Below are positions 33,110-43,063 of a stretch of 64,000 bases of DNA, piece by piece; position 1 is the stretch's first letter; every line of letters begins with the position of its first letter. The stretch is from an uncultured Mycoplasmatota bacterium. Lineage in GTDB: Bacteria > Bacillota_I > Bacilli_A > RF39 > UBA660. The stretch lies in contig CAOJZZ010000002.1 in NCBI GenBank assembly GCA_948466315.1, positions 3,700 to 67,699 on the forward strand. Direction: 5' to 3'. The notes beneath the pieces were generated by a model. That model was not told the origin of the DNA. It made no database searches and worked only from the letters and a program-made list of their open reading frames with translations. A program made the position numbers and the translations under genes.

Positions 33110-33835
33110 TTGAATATTGATATATTAAAGACTAAAAAAATAGTACTCTTTATAGTTGGTAGTTTACTTTTTATTATTCTTATTATAATTGTTGCTGTAA
33201 ATAAAAATAATACAAAAAATTATGGTAATTTAAAACAAGATAAGACTAAATATCTTGTATATACAAAGTATGAAGATAAAAGTAGTGTTTATCAAAAAGA
33301 AATTCCATATATTAATATGAAAGCAGATGTTATAAAAAAGGTTAATCACGATATCTATCTTTTTTGTGATGATTATAAAGATAAAGAAAAAAGTGTAATT
33401 AGTTATGAGTATGATATTAATGGAATTATTTTATCTGTTGTGTTAAAAATTGTTGATAATGAAACAGAGTATGCCCCAGAAGTTTATTTTAAAACTTATA
33501 ATATTAATTTAGATACTTCTGAGGTTATCTCAGATGATAGTTTACTTGGTTTATTTGAAGTTGATGAGACAACTGTATATAATAAAATAGATATAGGTTT
33601 TAGAAACTTTTATAAAGATGTAACAGATAAAGGATATGTTGATTCTTTAGAATGTGATTATAATTGTTTTTTAAGTTATCGAGGAATAGATAATTATTTA
33701 GATGATGTTTTCTATTATGTAGAAAATGGTAGTTTAGTTGTATTTAGATCATTTATTTTTTACTCAGTATTTGGAGAAGAAAAATATTTTTCAGATGATG
33801 ATTTTAAATTTGTAATAGCAAAGTTTAAAGATTAG
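33110..33835 (+). CDS. Membrane-anchored hypothetical protein, paralog A' of 30367-31110
   Basis: AAGGAGG RBS, TTG start, N-terminal TM, blockwise similarity to 30367-31110. Confidence 0.5.
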   Translation: MNIDILKTKKIVLFIVGSLLFIILIIIVAVNKNNTKNYGNLKQDKTKYLVYTKYEDKSSVYQKEIPYINMKADVIKKVNHDIYLFCDDYKDKEKSVISYEYDINGIILSVVLKIVDNETEYAPEVYFKTYNINLDTSEVISDDSLLGLFEVDETTVYNKIDIGFRNFYKDVTDKGYVDSLECDYNCFLSYRGIDNYLDDVFYYVENGSLVVFRSFIFYSVFGEEKYFSDDDFKFVIAKFKD

Positions 33836-33889
33836 TTTTTATTAAATATTAGAGAGGATATAATATTTAGATATTATATATTTAGAAGT

Positions 33890-34750
33890 ATGAAATTATT
33901 AATAGAAGTTAGTAATAAAAATAAATTATATGAAGATTGTATAGATGGAATTATTTTGCCATTAGAAGGGTTTGCTGTACAGGGTGGATGCTATTTTACG
34001 TATGAAGAGATTGAGGAAATCGTCTCTAAAAATAGTTCTCTTGATATATTTGTTTCTATTAATAAAAATATGTTTAATCAAGATATAGAGCCTTTAAAAG
34101 AGCTATTAATAAAATTAGATAAACTTAAATTAAAAGGTATATTCTTTTATGATCTTTCATTATTACAGCTAAAAAAAGAACTTAATTTAAATATTTCCTT
34201 TGTGTGGAATCAGACTTATATGGTTAATAATTATAAAACTTGTGATTATTATTTTTCTGAAGGAGTTAAATATGCTTTATTAAGTAGTGAGATAACTTTA
34301 GAAGAGATTAAAGAAATTATATTAAAATCTAGAATTACTCCAATGGTTTTTGTTTTAGGTTTCCCAATAGTTGCTTTTTCTAAGAGGAAGTTAATATCAA
34401 ATTATTATAAAGATTTGGGTAAAGAGTCTTTGGAAAAATTAGAGATTTTTGATGATTTATCAAAAGAGGGATATGAAATAGTAGAAAATAGTGATGGTAC
34501 TAATTTTTATTTAAAAAATATAGTTAATGGAACTTCTATTATTAAAGAATTATATAATTTAGATGTTTCTTATATAATTATGAAGGATTATGGTATTTCA
34601 ACTTTATTGTTTGAAGATTTACTAGTTGATACAAAGAAATATATTGAAGGGAATTGTCAAGATAGTAGTTATATTGATAAATATAAAAAGTTAGGAGATA
34701 ATACAGGTTTCTTTTTTAAAAAGACAATTTATCAGGTGAGGCAAAAATGA
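33890..34750 (+). CDS. trhP1: Peptidase U32-family protein (YrrN/TrhP1-like, tRNA ho5U synthesis)
   Basis: Position and size match yrrN directly upstream of and overlapping the yrrO-like gene. Called mainly on synteny; few clear motifs. Confidence 0.5.
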   Translation: MKLLIEVSNKNKLYEDCIDGIILPLEGFAVQGGCYFTYEEIEEIVSKNSSLDIFVSINKNMFNQDIEPLKELLIKLDKLKLKGIFFYDLSLLQLKKELNLNISFVWNQTYMVNNYKTCDYYFSEGVKYALLSSEITLEEIKEIILKSRITPMVFVLGFPIVAFSKRKLISNYYKDLGKESLEKLEIFDDLSKEGYEIVENSDGTNFYLKNIVNGTSIIKELYNLDVSYIIMKDYGISTLLFEDLLVDTKKYIEGNCQDSSYIDKYKKLGDNTGFFFKKTIYQVRQK

Positions 34751-35940
34751 AAAAAATTGAGTTATTATCACCAGCTGGTGATTTAGAACGATTAAAGGTT
34801 ACTCTTTTATATGGAGCAGATGCTGTTTATATTGGTGGAGAGAGATATAGTTTAAGAGCTAATGCGACTAATTTTTCATTGGAGGAGATAAAGGAAGGGT
34901 GTTTGTTTGCTCATAGGTTAGGTAAGAAGGTTTATTTAACTCTTAATATAGTCTTTCATAATGAAGATATGGCTGGAGTCGAAGAATATATAAAAGAGGT
35001 AGTAGATGCTTCTATAGATGCTTTTATTGTTAGTGATCCTTTTATTATTTCTTATATTAAAGATAACTTTCCTGGAGTTGAGGTTCATTTATCTACACAA
35101 AACTCTACTAGTAATTATAAGGCAGTTGAGTATTTTAAGAGTAAGGGTGTAGATAGGGTTGTATTAGCTAGAGAATTATCTCGTAATTCTATTTCTGAAA
35201 TAATTGATAAGACAGGAGTTGATGTTGAGGTTTTTATTCATGGAGCAATGTGTACTTGTTATAGTGGAAGATGTGCTTTATCAAATTATGTTACAAATAG
35301 AGATGCTAATAGAGGTGGATGTGCTCAGGTTTGTCGGTTTGCTTTTACTACTAAAGAAGAAAAAAAATTTACTATGGCTACTAAAGATTTAAATTTAGCT
35401 GAATTTATGAGGGATTTAATAGAAATAGGAGTTACTAGTGTAAAAGTGGAAGGTAGAATGCGTTCTTTATATTACTTAGCTACTGTTATTGGTAGTTACC
35501 GAGAATTAATAGATGAGATTTATGCTGATACTTTAACTGCTAGTAAGATGTCTGTTATAAAGGGGCGTTTAGATAGAGTAGCTAATAGAGTGGTTTCTTC
35601 ACAATATTTTGAAAAGGAAGCTTCAGAGGATGATCAATATTATACTGGTAGAAGTGAGGTAAGTAATCAAAATTATTTGGGACTTATTACAGGATATGAT
35701 CATATTAATTCTTGTCTTATCCTGGTAGAAAGGAATTATTTTGAGGTGGGAGATGAAGTAGAAGTATTTACACCTGATGGGGAAGTATTTCAATATACAA
35801 TAGGGAAGTTTTATGATGATAAAATGAATGAGCTTATGGTTGCTAGACATCCAGAGCAAGTATTATTAATTCCGTTTTTTAAGGAGGTGCCTCAGTATTC
35901 TATGATGAGACTAATAAGGAAAGTGAAAAAGTATGAGTAA
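34747..35940 (+). CDS. trhP2: Peptidase U32-family protein (YrrO/TrhP2-like)
   Basis: ELLSPAG..GADAVYIGGERYSLRANATNF, EVHLSTQ, LARELS, Cys cluster CTCYSGRCALSNY..GGCAQVCR typical of U32 proteins. Confidence 0.7.
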   Translation: MKKIELLSPAGDLERLKVTLLYGADAVYIGGERYSLRANATNFSLEEIKEGCLFAHRLGKKVYLTLNIVFHNEDMAGVEEYIKEVVDASIDAFIVSDPFIISYIKDNFPGVEVHLSTQNSTSNYKAVEYFKSKGVDRVVLARELSRNSISEIIDKTGVDVEVFIHGAMCTCYSGRCALSNYVTNRDANRGGCAQVCRFAFTTKEEKKFTMATKDLNLAEFMRDLIEIGVTSVKVEGRMRSLYYLATVIGSYRELIDEIYADTLTASKMSVIKGRLDRVANRVVSSQYFEKEASEDDQYYTGRSEVSNQNYLGLITGYDHINSCLILVERNYFEVGDEVEVFTPDGEVFQYTIGKFYDDKMNELMVARHPEQVLLIPFFKEVPQYSMMRLIRKVKKYE

Positions 35941-37072
35941 TTATTTGGAAGATGCTAGAAATAATTTTTTAAAAAAAGAAAGTTATCTTTGTGAATTTGC
36001 TACAAAAAGTATTGATTTTTTAAGAGTTAGGGAAGAAAATGAAGATATAAGACCACCATTTTTTCATGATATAGATAGAATAATTCATTCTTTAAGTTAT
36101 ACTCGTTATATTGATAAAACTCAAGTTTATCCTTTAAATTCTAATGATCATATTTCAAAGAGAATGGTACATGTTCAATTAGTTAGTAAGATAGCTAGGA
36201 CAATTGGAAGAGCACTTAATTTAAATGAGGATTTAATAGAGGCTATTGCCTTGGGGCATGATATTGGTCATACTCCGTTAGGGCATGTAGGAGAGTCTAT
36301 ATTAAATGATATTTCTATGAGGGAGTTAGGAGAGTATTTTGCTCATAATATTCAAGGTGTTAGAAACTATTTAGTTGTTGAGAATAATGGTTGTGGTCTT
36401 AATTTAACTATTCAAGTAATGGACGGAATTATGTGTCATAATGGAGAAATGCTTAGTAGTAAATATGTTCCAATGAAGAAGACTATGGAAGAATTTTTTA
36501 GGGAGTATGAACTTTCTTATAAAGATTTAGCAACAGTTTCTAAGTTTGCTCCTATGACCTTAGAGGGGTGCGTTGTAAGAATAAGTGATATAATAGGCTA
36601 TATTGGGAGAGATATTGAGGATGCTATAGTACTTGGTAAGTTTGATAGGAATGATTTAGATAAAGAAATTACTAAGGTACTTGGTAATAATAATCGAGAT
36701 ATTGTTAATACTATTATCTTAGATATTATTAAAAATAGCATGAATAAACCATATATAAAAATGAGTGATGATGTGTATAAGGCACTTGTTTCCTTGAAGG
36801 AGTTTAATTATAAGAATATTTATAAATTTAGTATGACAGATGAAAAACGAGAATATTATACTAAAGGGATGAATATATTATTTAATAGCTATTTAGAGGC
36901 AATTACTAATAATAATCAGGATAATATTATTTTTTCAATATTTTTAAATTATCAAGGTGAGGAGTATTTTTCTAGTACTAATCCTAAGAGAATGGTTATT
37001 GATTTTATAGCAGGAATGACTGATGATTTATTAGATAGAGAAATTAAGAGAATTATTGGCTTGTCAAAATAG
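35933..37072 (+). CDS. dGTPase-like HD-domain dNTP triphosphohydrolase
   Basis: FHDIDRIIHSLSYTRYIDKTQV and HVQLVSKIAR..ALGHDIGHTPLGH motifs. Confidence 0.75.
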   Translation: MSNYLEDARNNFLKKESYLCEFATKSIDFLRVREENEDIRPPFFHDIDRIIHSLSYTRYIDKTQVYPLNSNDHISKRMVHVQLVSKIARTIGRALNLNEDLIEAIALGHDIGHTPLGHVGESILNDISMRELGEYFAHNIQGVRNYLVVENNGCGLNLTIQVMDGIMCHNGEMLSSKYVPMKKTMEEFFREYELSYKDLATVSKFAPMTLEGCVVRISDIIGYIGRDIEDAIVLGKFDRNDLDKEITKVLGNNNRDIVNTIILDIIKNSMNKPYIKMSDDVYKALVSLKEFNYKNIYKFSMTDEKREYYTKGMNILFNSYLEAITNNNQDNIIFSIFLNYQGEEYFSSTNPKRMVIDFIAGMTDDLLDREIKRIIGLSK

Positions 37073-37237
37073 TAAAAATGTGTTATACTTTAGTCTACTT
37101 TCTGATTTAGGTGAGTGCTTTTTTTTAGTATTTTATTTAATAATCAGAATGTTACTTGTTGCTAAGTATTGAAATATATGATATACTAGCGCAGGTTGAA
37201 TCTAGAAAATTAATAAAAAACATAATGAGGTGATAAA

Positions 37238-37708
37238 ATGGGAAATAGGAATACAGTATATCTAACTCAAGAGGGACTAGATAACTTAAAGAATGAATTA
37301 GATGATTTAATAAATGTAAAGAGGCCTGATAATATTCAGGCAATTAAAGAGGCAAGATCTTTAGGAGATTTATCAGAAAATGCTGAATATGATGCTGCTA
37401 GAAATGAACAAGCTCAGATTGAATCTAGAATTAAACAATTAGAAAAGATGTTAGAAAATGTTTCAATAATTTCTGAAGTATCAAAAGATATAGTAGGAAT
37501 TGGAAATACAGTTTCTATTAAATATGTTGATGATGATGAAGAAGATGAATATAAGATTGTTGGTTCTCAAGAAGCTGATCCTTTTGAAAGTAAAATATCA
37601 AATGAGAGTCCAATAGCTCAGGCTTTATTTAATCATAAAGTTGGAGATATCGTGACTGTTGAGAGTCCTAATGGTTCATATGACGTTGAAATTATTGAGA
37701 TTAATTAA
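37238..37708 (+). CDS. greA: Transcription elongation factor GreA
   Basis: LTQEGLDNLKNEL..GDLSENAEYDAARNEQ coiled-coil N-terminal domain and C-terminal FKBP-like domain, 156 aa. Confidence 0.9.
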   Translation: MGNRNTVYLTQEGLDNLKNELDDLINVKRPDNIQAIKEARSLGDLSENAEYDAARNEQAQIESRIKQLEKMLENVSIISEVSKDIVGIGNTVSIKYVDDDEEDEYKIVGSQEADPFESKISNESPIAQALFNHKVGDIVTVESPNGSYDVEIIEIN

Positions 37709-37732
37709 TTATAAAATGACATAATTTGATAA

Positions 37733-37795
37733 AAAGATAATCTATACTAAACATAAAAAATATATATGTTTTGTAGATTATCTTTGTTTTTTTGT
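37733..37795 (+). terminator. Long-loop hairpin plus T-run after greA
   Basis: 12-bp arms AAAGATAATCTA (37733-37744) / TAGATTATCTTT (37774-37785) followed by gTTTTTTTT. Confidence 0.45.
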
Positions 37796-37846
37796 AATTA
37801 GATATTTATTTTATAAGAATTTTGATGTTTAAAAAGGAGAATATTA

Positions 37847-38710
37847 ATGAGAAAGAAGATATTTATATTATTAGTTTTTTTATTTACTATTAGTATTGAT
37901 AAAGTTTGGGCAAAGGTATCAGTAGAAGAAGAAATCGAGGCTAAGTGGAATTCTGAAGGAAAGATTGCTTCTGTTAATGTTTTATTAAAGATACCAAGTG
38001 ATTGTAATAATAAAGTAGTAAATATTTCTTCAGATGTATTTTCTTTTATAAAACATTATAAAGAGTTAGTTGGAGGAGATAATATTGAAATAAATTTTAT
38101 TATTGAGAATAATGCTTCTTATGATTATTCATATATAGATAATAGTTTATTTATTGGAATAAATGAGAATAATGAGGGGGAGGTAGTATCTTATAGGACT
38201 TTTAATACAGCTTTAAAAGATCTTTATAATTATGTTAAGGTTTATGATAGGGATTTGGTAGATGAAGTGTTATATACTAAGTTAAGTAAAAAAGGATATT
38301 TAGGTGATAGAGCATTAGAATTGTATTATTTAAATTATTATAATAAAAAGTATCATATGAATAAGAAAAGTCTTAAAGACTTTCCAATTAAAGTAAAAAG
38401 GGAAATATTTTCTGGTACTAACTATGGTATTTATGAAAGTGATAAGTCGATTAATAGGGTAGCTTATGATTATTTTTATAAGTATGTGTTGTTTGTTTCT
38501 TTAAAATCTAATAACTTTAAATATAGTATTTATGATACTAAAAAGAAGAGAATGGATGTTTATTTTAGAGATAGTATTGATTTGATAAAAAAGCATTCAA
38601 GTAAAAAGATAAGTGGAATGGTTTCTGGTATTAGTTTAGATAATTATACTTTGGCTTTTTCTCATTATAATTATTTGGTTGATGTTAAATTTAAATTAGG
38701 AATGGATTAA
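37847..38710 (+). CDS. Secreted hypothetical protein
   Basis: Signal peptide MRKKIFILLVFLFTISIDKVWA. Separate transcription unit (palindrome cttaatattaag plus T-run downstream). Confidence 0.5.
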   Translation: MRKKIFILLVFLFTISIDKVWAKVSVEEEIEAKWNSEGKIASVNVLLKIPSDCNNKVVNISSDVFSFIKHYKELVGGDNIEINFIIENNASYDYSYIDNSLFIGINENNEGEVVSYRTFNTALKDLYNYVKVYDRDLVDEVLYTKLSKKGYLGDRALELYYLNYYNKKYHMNKKSLKDFPIKVKREIFSGTNYGIYESDKSINRVAYDYFYKYVLFVSLKSNNFKYSIYDTKKKRMDVYFRDSIDLIKKHSSKKISGMVSGISLDNYTLAFSHYNYLVDVKFKLGMD

Positions 38711-38866
38711 TTGGTAAAAGATACTTAATATTAAGGTCTTTTTTTCTTGCTTAATTTATTTTGTGTTTATTTATTTTTATGTGAAATGTAAAGAAATTAT
38801 CTTTTCTTTTATGTTTAAATAGGTTATACTAAATTAAGAATAAAGAATAGGGAGTGTGGATTAAGA

Positions 38867-40420
38867 ATGATTATTAGAAAACCTTATGCTTTTTTGATAA
38901 AGAATTTTAAGAAGATTCATATTTTTCTTTTGGTGTTGTGTTGTTATGTTTATTATAAGAATATGCAAACTAGTGCTTTTATTAAAGAGTTTATTGTATT
39001 AGGTACTTATGATGCTTATAATGAACCAATTACTAAGTATATTCCTTTTTTATTAATGTTTTCTTTGATATTAATTATTTTAGGAAGTGTTACTTTAGTA
39101 CTTTTGTTAAAACATAAGAAGAAACCTTGGAAATTATATCTATTACCAATAGTTGTTTATTCTTTGATGTTTATAGCATTTGTGATGGCTAGAGGGTATT
39201 TTGCTAGTTATACTGGGGAAGATGGTACTGCTGGTATTAGGGCAGTTAGAGATATGCTTTTTATTAGTACTATTTTTGAGTATCCTGTATTTATTGTTTT
39301 TTTGATGCGTATTTTTGGAGTTGATTTGCATAAATTTAACTTTAAAGTGGATGAGGAGTATTTAGAATTAGATAGTAAGGATAGGGAAGAATTAGAAATA
39401 AGTATTGATATTGATAAAGAGTCTTTTAAAAGAGGTTTTAAAAGGCTTCTTCGTAATCTAAATTATGTTTATCAGGAACATAAATTGGTTTGTAATACTT
39501 TGGCTATTATAACACTAGTTATTGTTGCTAAAAATACTTATACATATATCTTTGTTACACATAAGGCTTATAAACAAGGAGATACTTTAAAGGCAAATGG
39601 TTATACTATAAAAATTAATAAAAGTTATTATACTGATAAAGATTATAAAGGGGATTTGATTTCTAAAGAAAATGGATTTGTTGTTTTGGATTTGACTATT
39701 AAAAATAATGAGGCTCCAAGAGAGGTTGATTTTAATAAATTTCATATAATGAATGGCGTTAATAATTATGTTACTACTCATAAGATGTATGGGACAGAAT
39801 TTCAAGATTTTGGTACTACTTATAAAAGTAAAAAATTAAGAAGAGATGAGACTTTGGATCTTATTTTAGTTTATAGAGTATCTAAGAAGTTAAGGACTAA
39901 TAGGTTTGTTTTATATTATCAAGAGTTGAGTAATAATAAGCCATATTTAAGAAAAATCAAATTAAAAATGGATGATGTTTCTACTATAAAAAAGAATAAA
40001 ACTATAAAAATGAATGAAGATTTTAGTTTTGTTGTGAAAAAGAGTAAGGAAACAGTTAATTTTGCAGCTTATGAAATAGCTAATAGTACTGATTATACTT
40101 ATCGAGTTTGTAATACTTCTAATTGTGCTACACATACTGCTAATTATCAAGCCCCTAGTGGTAAGCGTGTTTTGAAAATTGAGTTTTCATCAGATAATTA
40201 TGAAGGTAAAGATATGATTGACTTTTCAACTAAATATGGTAAAATTAAATACATAGATAATAAGAATAAAGAAAGATTTGTTAAAGTAGAAAATCCATTA
40301 TACCGAGTGCATTATGGTAAATATATGTATATTAGTGTTCCAGAAGAAGTATCTAAGGCTAAGTCTATTGAGATAATTTATACAGTTAGAAATAATCAGT
40401 ATGTATATAAATTAAAATAA
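38867..40420 (+). CDS. Polytopic membrane protein with large extracytoplasmic C-terminal domain (possibly DUF4352-like Ig fold)
   Basis: Four or more N-terminal TM segments. The segment GYTIKINKSYYT..GFVVLDLTIKNNEAPREVDFNKFHIMNG resembles DUF4352. Confidence 0.45.
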   Translation: MIIRKPYAFLIKNFKKIHIFLLVLCCYVYYKNMQTSAFIKEFIVLGTYDAYNEPITKYIPFLLMFSLILIILGSVTLVLLLKHKKKPWKLYLLPIVVYSLMFIAFVMARGYFASYTGEDGTAGIRAVRDMLFISTIFEYPVFIVFLMRIFGVDLHKFNFKVDEEYLELDSKDREELEISIDIDKESFKRGFKRLLRNLNYVYQEHKLVCNTLAIITLVIVAKNTYTYIFVTHKAYKQGDTLKANGYTIKINKSYYTDKDYKGDLISKENGFVVLDLTIKNNEAPREVDFNKFHIMNGVNNYVTTHKMYGTEFQDFGTTYKSKKLRRDETLDLILVYRVSKKLRTNRFVLYYQELSNNKPYLRKIKLKMDDVSTIKKNKTIKMNEDFSFVVKKSKETVNFAAYEIANSTDYTYRVCNTSNCATHTANYQAPSGKRVLKIEFSSDNYEGKDMIDFSTKYGKIKYIDNKNKERFVKVENPLYRVHYGKYMYISVPEEVSKAKSIEIIYTVRNNQYVYKLK

Positions 40421-40432
40421 AGGAGAAATAAA

Positions 40433-42229
40433 ATGGGTAAAGATGTCAAAAAGTACATTAAAATTATTGTTACAGTAGTTGTCGTAGGTCTATTTGTTTG
40501 GTTTTTAGTTCTTTTACCATATGTCACTTTTAGGAATGATGAGAAGAGTATGGAAGCGGCGGCTAAGAGATATTTTGAATTAAATAGTAATGAATTACCT
40601 ACTGGTGAGAGGATTGCTACTGTTAGTTTGCAAACATTATATTATAAGGCTTTTTTGAAAGATGATTTTTATATTCCTTATACAAAAGAGGCTTGTTCTG
40701 TTACAGATTCTTGGGTTAAGGTAAAGAAAACTGGAGAAGGGTATAAATACTATACCTACTTGAAGTGTGGAGCTTTAACATCAACAATAGATCATAAAGG
40801 ACCAGTCATTAAATTAAATGGTGATGAGGAAATTACTGTTAATAAAAATGAGGCATATAAGGAGTTAGGTGTTTCAAGTGTTGTTGATAATGTTGATGGA
40901 AAAATTAATACTTCTTCAGTTACTATAAAAGGTAATGTTGATACTAAAAAAGTTGGTACTTATGAGGTTAATTATATAGCTTTTGATAGTTTGAAAAATA
41001 AAACGACAGTTACTAGGAAGGTTAAAGTAGTTGAAAGATTAAAAAATACAGTTAATGAGGCTACAGCTAATACTGGGATATATAAAGGAGCTAATCCTAA
41101 TAATTATTTATATTTATCAGGTATGTTATTTAGAATTGTTGGGTTAGATGGCGATAATGTTAGAGTTGTAGCAGAAGAAGATGTTGCTAATGTTAATTAT
41201 GATGGGTTAGATGATTGGCTTAAATATTATTATAAACATATTAATTCATCTGCTAAGAAGTTGCTTGTTAAAAACAAATATTGTGATATGACTTTGAGTG
41301 AGAATGATCTTAATACAACTAATTGTACAAAGTATACAAAAGAAAGAGAAGTTTATATTCCATCAGTTATTGATGTTAATAATGCACAAGCTGATGATGG
41401 TAATTACTTAAAACCACAGTCTATTTCATGGGTTGCTAATAAAAAAGATAATAAATCAGCATATGTTACTAGACAAGTATTTTTTGATGAATCATATGGA
41501 AAATCATTTATAGTTCAGGATAAAGATTTGAATTGTGGTGTAAGACCAGTATTAACAATTAAAGGTTCTACTTTGGTAAAGTCTGGTACGGGAACAGTTG
41601 ATAATCCTTATTCTTTAGGAGATACTAAAAAGGCAAACGCTGATGATTTAGTTAATACAAGAAATTCTGGTGAATATGTAAAGTATTCTAATATGTTATG
41701 GAGAATCATGGAAGTAAATGATGATGGTACTACTAAAGTGATATCTAATGGTACTTTAAAGAAAGATGGGCAGAATGTTAAGGTTTATTATGAAACTAAG
41801 TCTACTGCTAAAATATATAATCCTAAAGAAAAAGGTAATGTAGGATATTATATTAATAATAAGGCTAGTGAGTTTGTAGATACTTCTTATTTTGTAAATA
41901 AAAAAGTAAGTGTTCCAATATATAAAAATAAGATAAATTATGGTAAGGAGACCGATACAAAAAGCTATACTGTTAAATTATCTGCTCCTAATATGTATGA
42001 TATATTTAGTGCATTTGTATATGATAATAGTATGCAGTCATATTGGTTTATTAATTCTTCAAAGGAAAGATTTGCAAAAGGGGTTACTACTGATATTGGT
42101 GTAGCAGTAGATAGTAATGTAAGTGATTATTTACCTACAGGTGTAAGAGTAGTTGGTAATCTTAATAAGAAGACTATGATTATGAAAGGAAAAGGTACTA
42201 AGGATAATCCTTATATAATAACAAAATAA
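40433..42229 (+). CDS. N-terminally anchored surface protein: Ig-like (DUF5011-type) domain + two repeated modules each ending G.GT.DNPY
   Basis: TM at residues 10-30. GPVIKLNGDEEITV..VGTYEVNYIAFDS..VTRKVKVV Ig-like domain. Two modules: MLFRIVGLDG...CGVRPVLTIKG..GTGTVDNPY and MLWRIMEVND...TGVRVVGNL..GKGTKDNPY. Confidence 0.5.
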   Translation: MGKDVKKYIKIIVTVVVVGLFVWFLVLLPYVTFRNDEKSMEAAAKRYFELNSNELPTGERIATVSLQTLYYKAFLKDDFYIPYTKEACSVTDSWVKVKKTGEGYKYYTYLKCGALTSTIDHKGPVIKLNGDEEITVNKNEAYKELGVSSVVDNVDGKINTSSVTIKGNVDTKKVGTYEVNYIAFDSLKNKTTVTRKVKVVERLKNTVNEATANTGIYKGANPNNYLYLSGMLFRIVGLDGDNVRVVAEEDVANVNYDGLDDWLKYYYKHINSSAKKLLVKNKYCDMTLSENDLNTTNCTKYTKEREVYIPSVIDVNNAQADDGNYLKPQSISWVANKKDNKSAYVTRQVFFDESYGKSFIVQDKDLNCGVRPVLTIKGSTLVKSGTGTVDNPYSLGDTKKANADDLVNTRNSGEYVKYSNMLWRIMEVNDDGTTKVISNGTLKKDGQNVKVYYETKSTAKIYNPKEKGNVGYYINNKASEFVDTSYFVNKKVSVPIYKNKINYGKETDTKSYTVKLSAPNMYDIFSAFVYDNSMQSYWFINSSKERFAKGVTTDIGVAVDSNVSDYLPTGVRVVGNLNKKTMIMKGKGTKDNPYIITK

Positions 42230-42241
42230 GTAGGTGATGTT

Positions 42242-43063
42242 ATGCCCAAAGTAAGAAATAAAAAAAGAAAAGTTATTGATAAAAAGTGGTTGATTCTTTT
42301 TGTGATATTAGTTGTTGGTATAGGAATAGGATATATAGTATTTAATAAGTTTAATCTTAAACCAATATATAGTATAGATAGTCGTATTAATAATATAAAA
42401 AAAGAGCAAAAGAAAGATGAAAAAGACTATCGTACTATTGGATGGTTAAGAGTACAAGGAACTAATATCGATGCTCCAATTATTGGGTATAATACAAGGG
42501 GGGAGGAAGTTAATGTCACTAAAGATAATTATTTATGGAATGAAATTAATGAAAAAAAATTTTATAATAAAGTAAATATTATGGGTCATAATATTTTGAA
42601 TTTGTCTTCTACTCCTAGAGTTGGTGATGTTAATTTTTCTAGGTTTGATGATTTGATGGCCTTTGTTTATACTGATTTTGTTGAGGATAATAAATATATT
42701 CAATATACTGTAGATGGAAAAGATTATCTTTATAAAATATTTGCGGTGTATTTTGATTATCAGTTTAATTTGAACTTGTCTTATCAAGGTAATTATTCTA
42801 AAGATGATCTTTCTACATATTTAAAAAAAGTTAAGAAAAAGAGTATTTATGATTTTGATGTTAATGTAGATAGTGATGATAAAATTATTTCTTTGATAAC
42901 ATGTACTCGAATGTTTGGAGAAAATTCAACTTATGAATTAATTGTTAATGCCAGACTTGTTCATGAAAATGAGAAATATACAAATTATGATGTTGTAGAA
43001 AATAAAAATTATAAAAAAATAAAAAAAATACTGAAAGGTGATGAGGTAAATGATGAAGCATAA
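42242..43063 (+). CDS. Class B sortase
   Basis: N-terminal TM. Blockwise match to SrtB: TIGWLRVQGTNIDAPII, NIMGHNI (catalytic His), LYKIFAVY, IISLITCT (catalytic TLxTC-type Cys), ELIVNARLV (Arg). Confidence 0.75.
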   Translation: MPKVRNKKRKVIDKKWLILFVILVVGIGIGYIVFNKFNLKPIYSIDSRINNIKKEQKKDEKDYRTIGWLRVQGTNIDAPIIGYNTRGEEVNVTKDNYLWNEINEKKFYNKVNIMGHNILNLSSTPRVGDVNFSRFDDLMAFVYTDFVEDNKYIQYTVDGKDYLYKIFAVYFDYQFNLNLSYQGNYSKDDLSTYLKKVKKKSIYDFDVNVDSDDKIISLITCTRMFGENSTYELIVNARLVHENEKYTNYDVVENKNYKKIKKILKGDEVNDEA

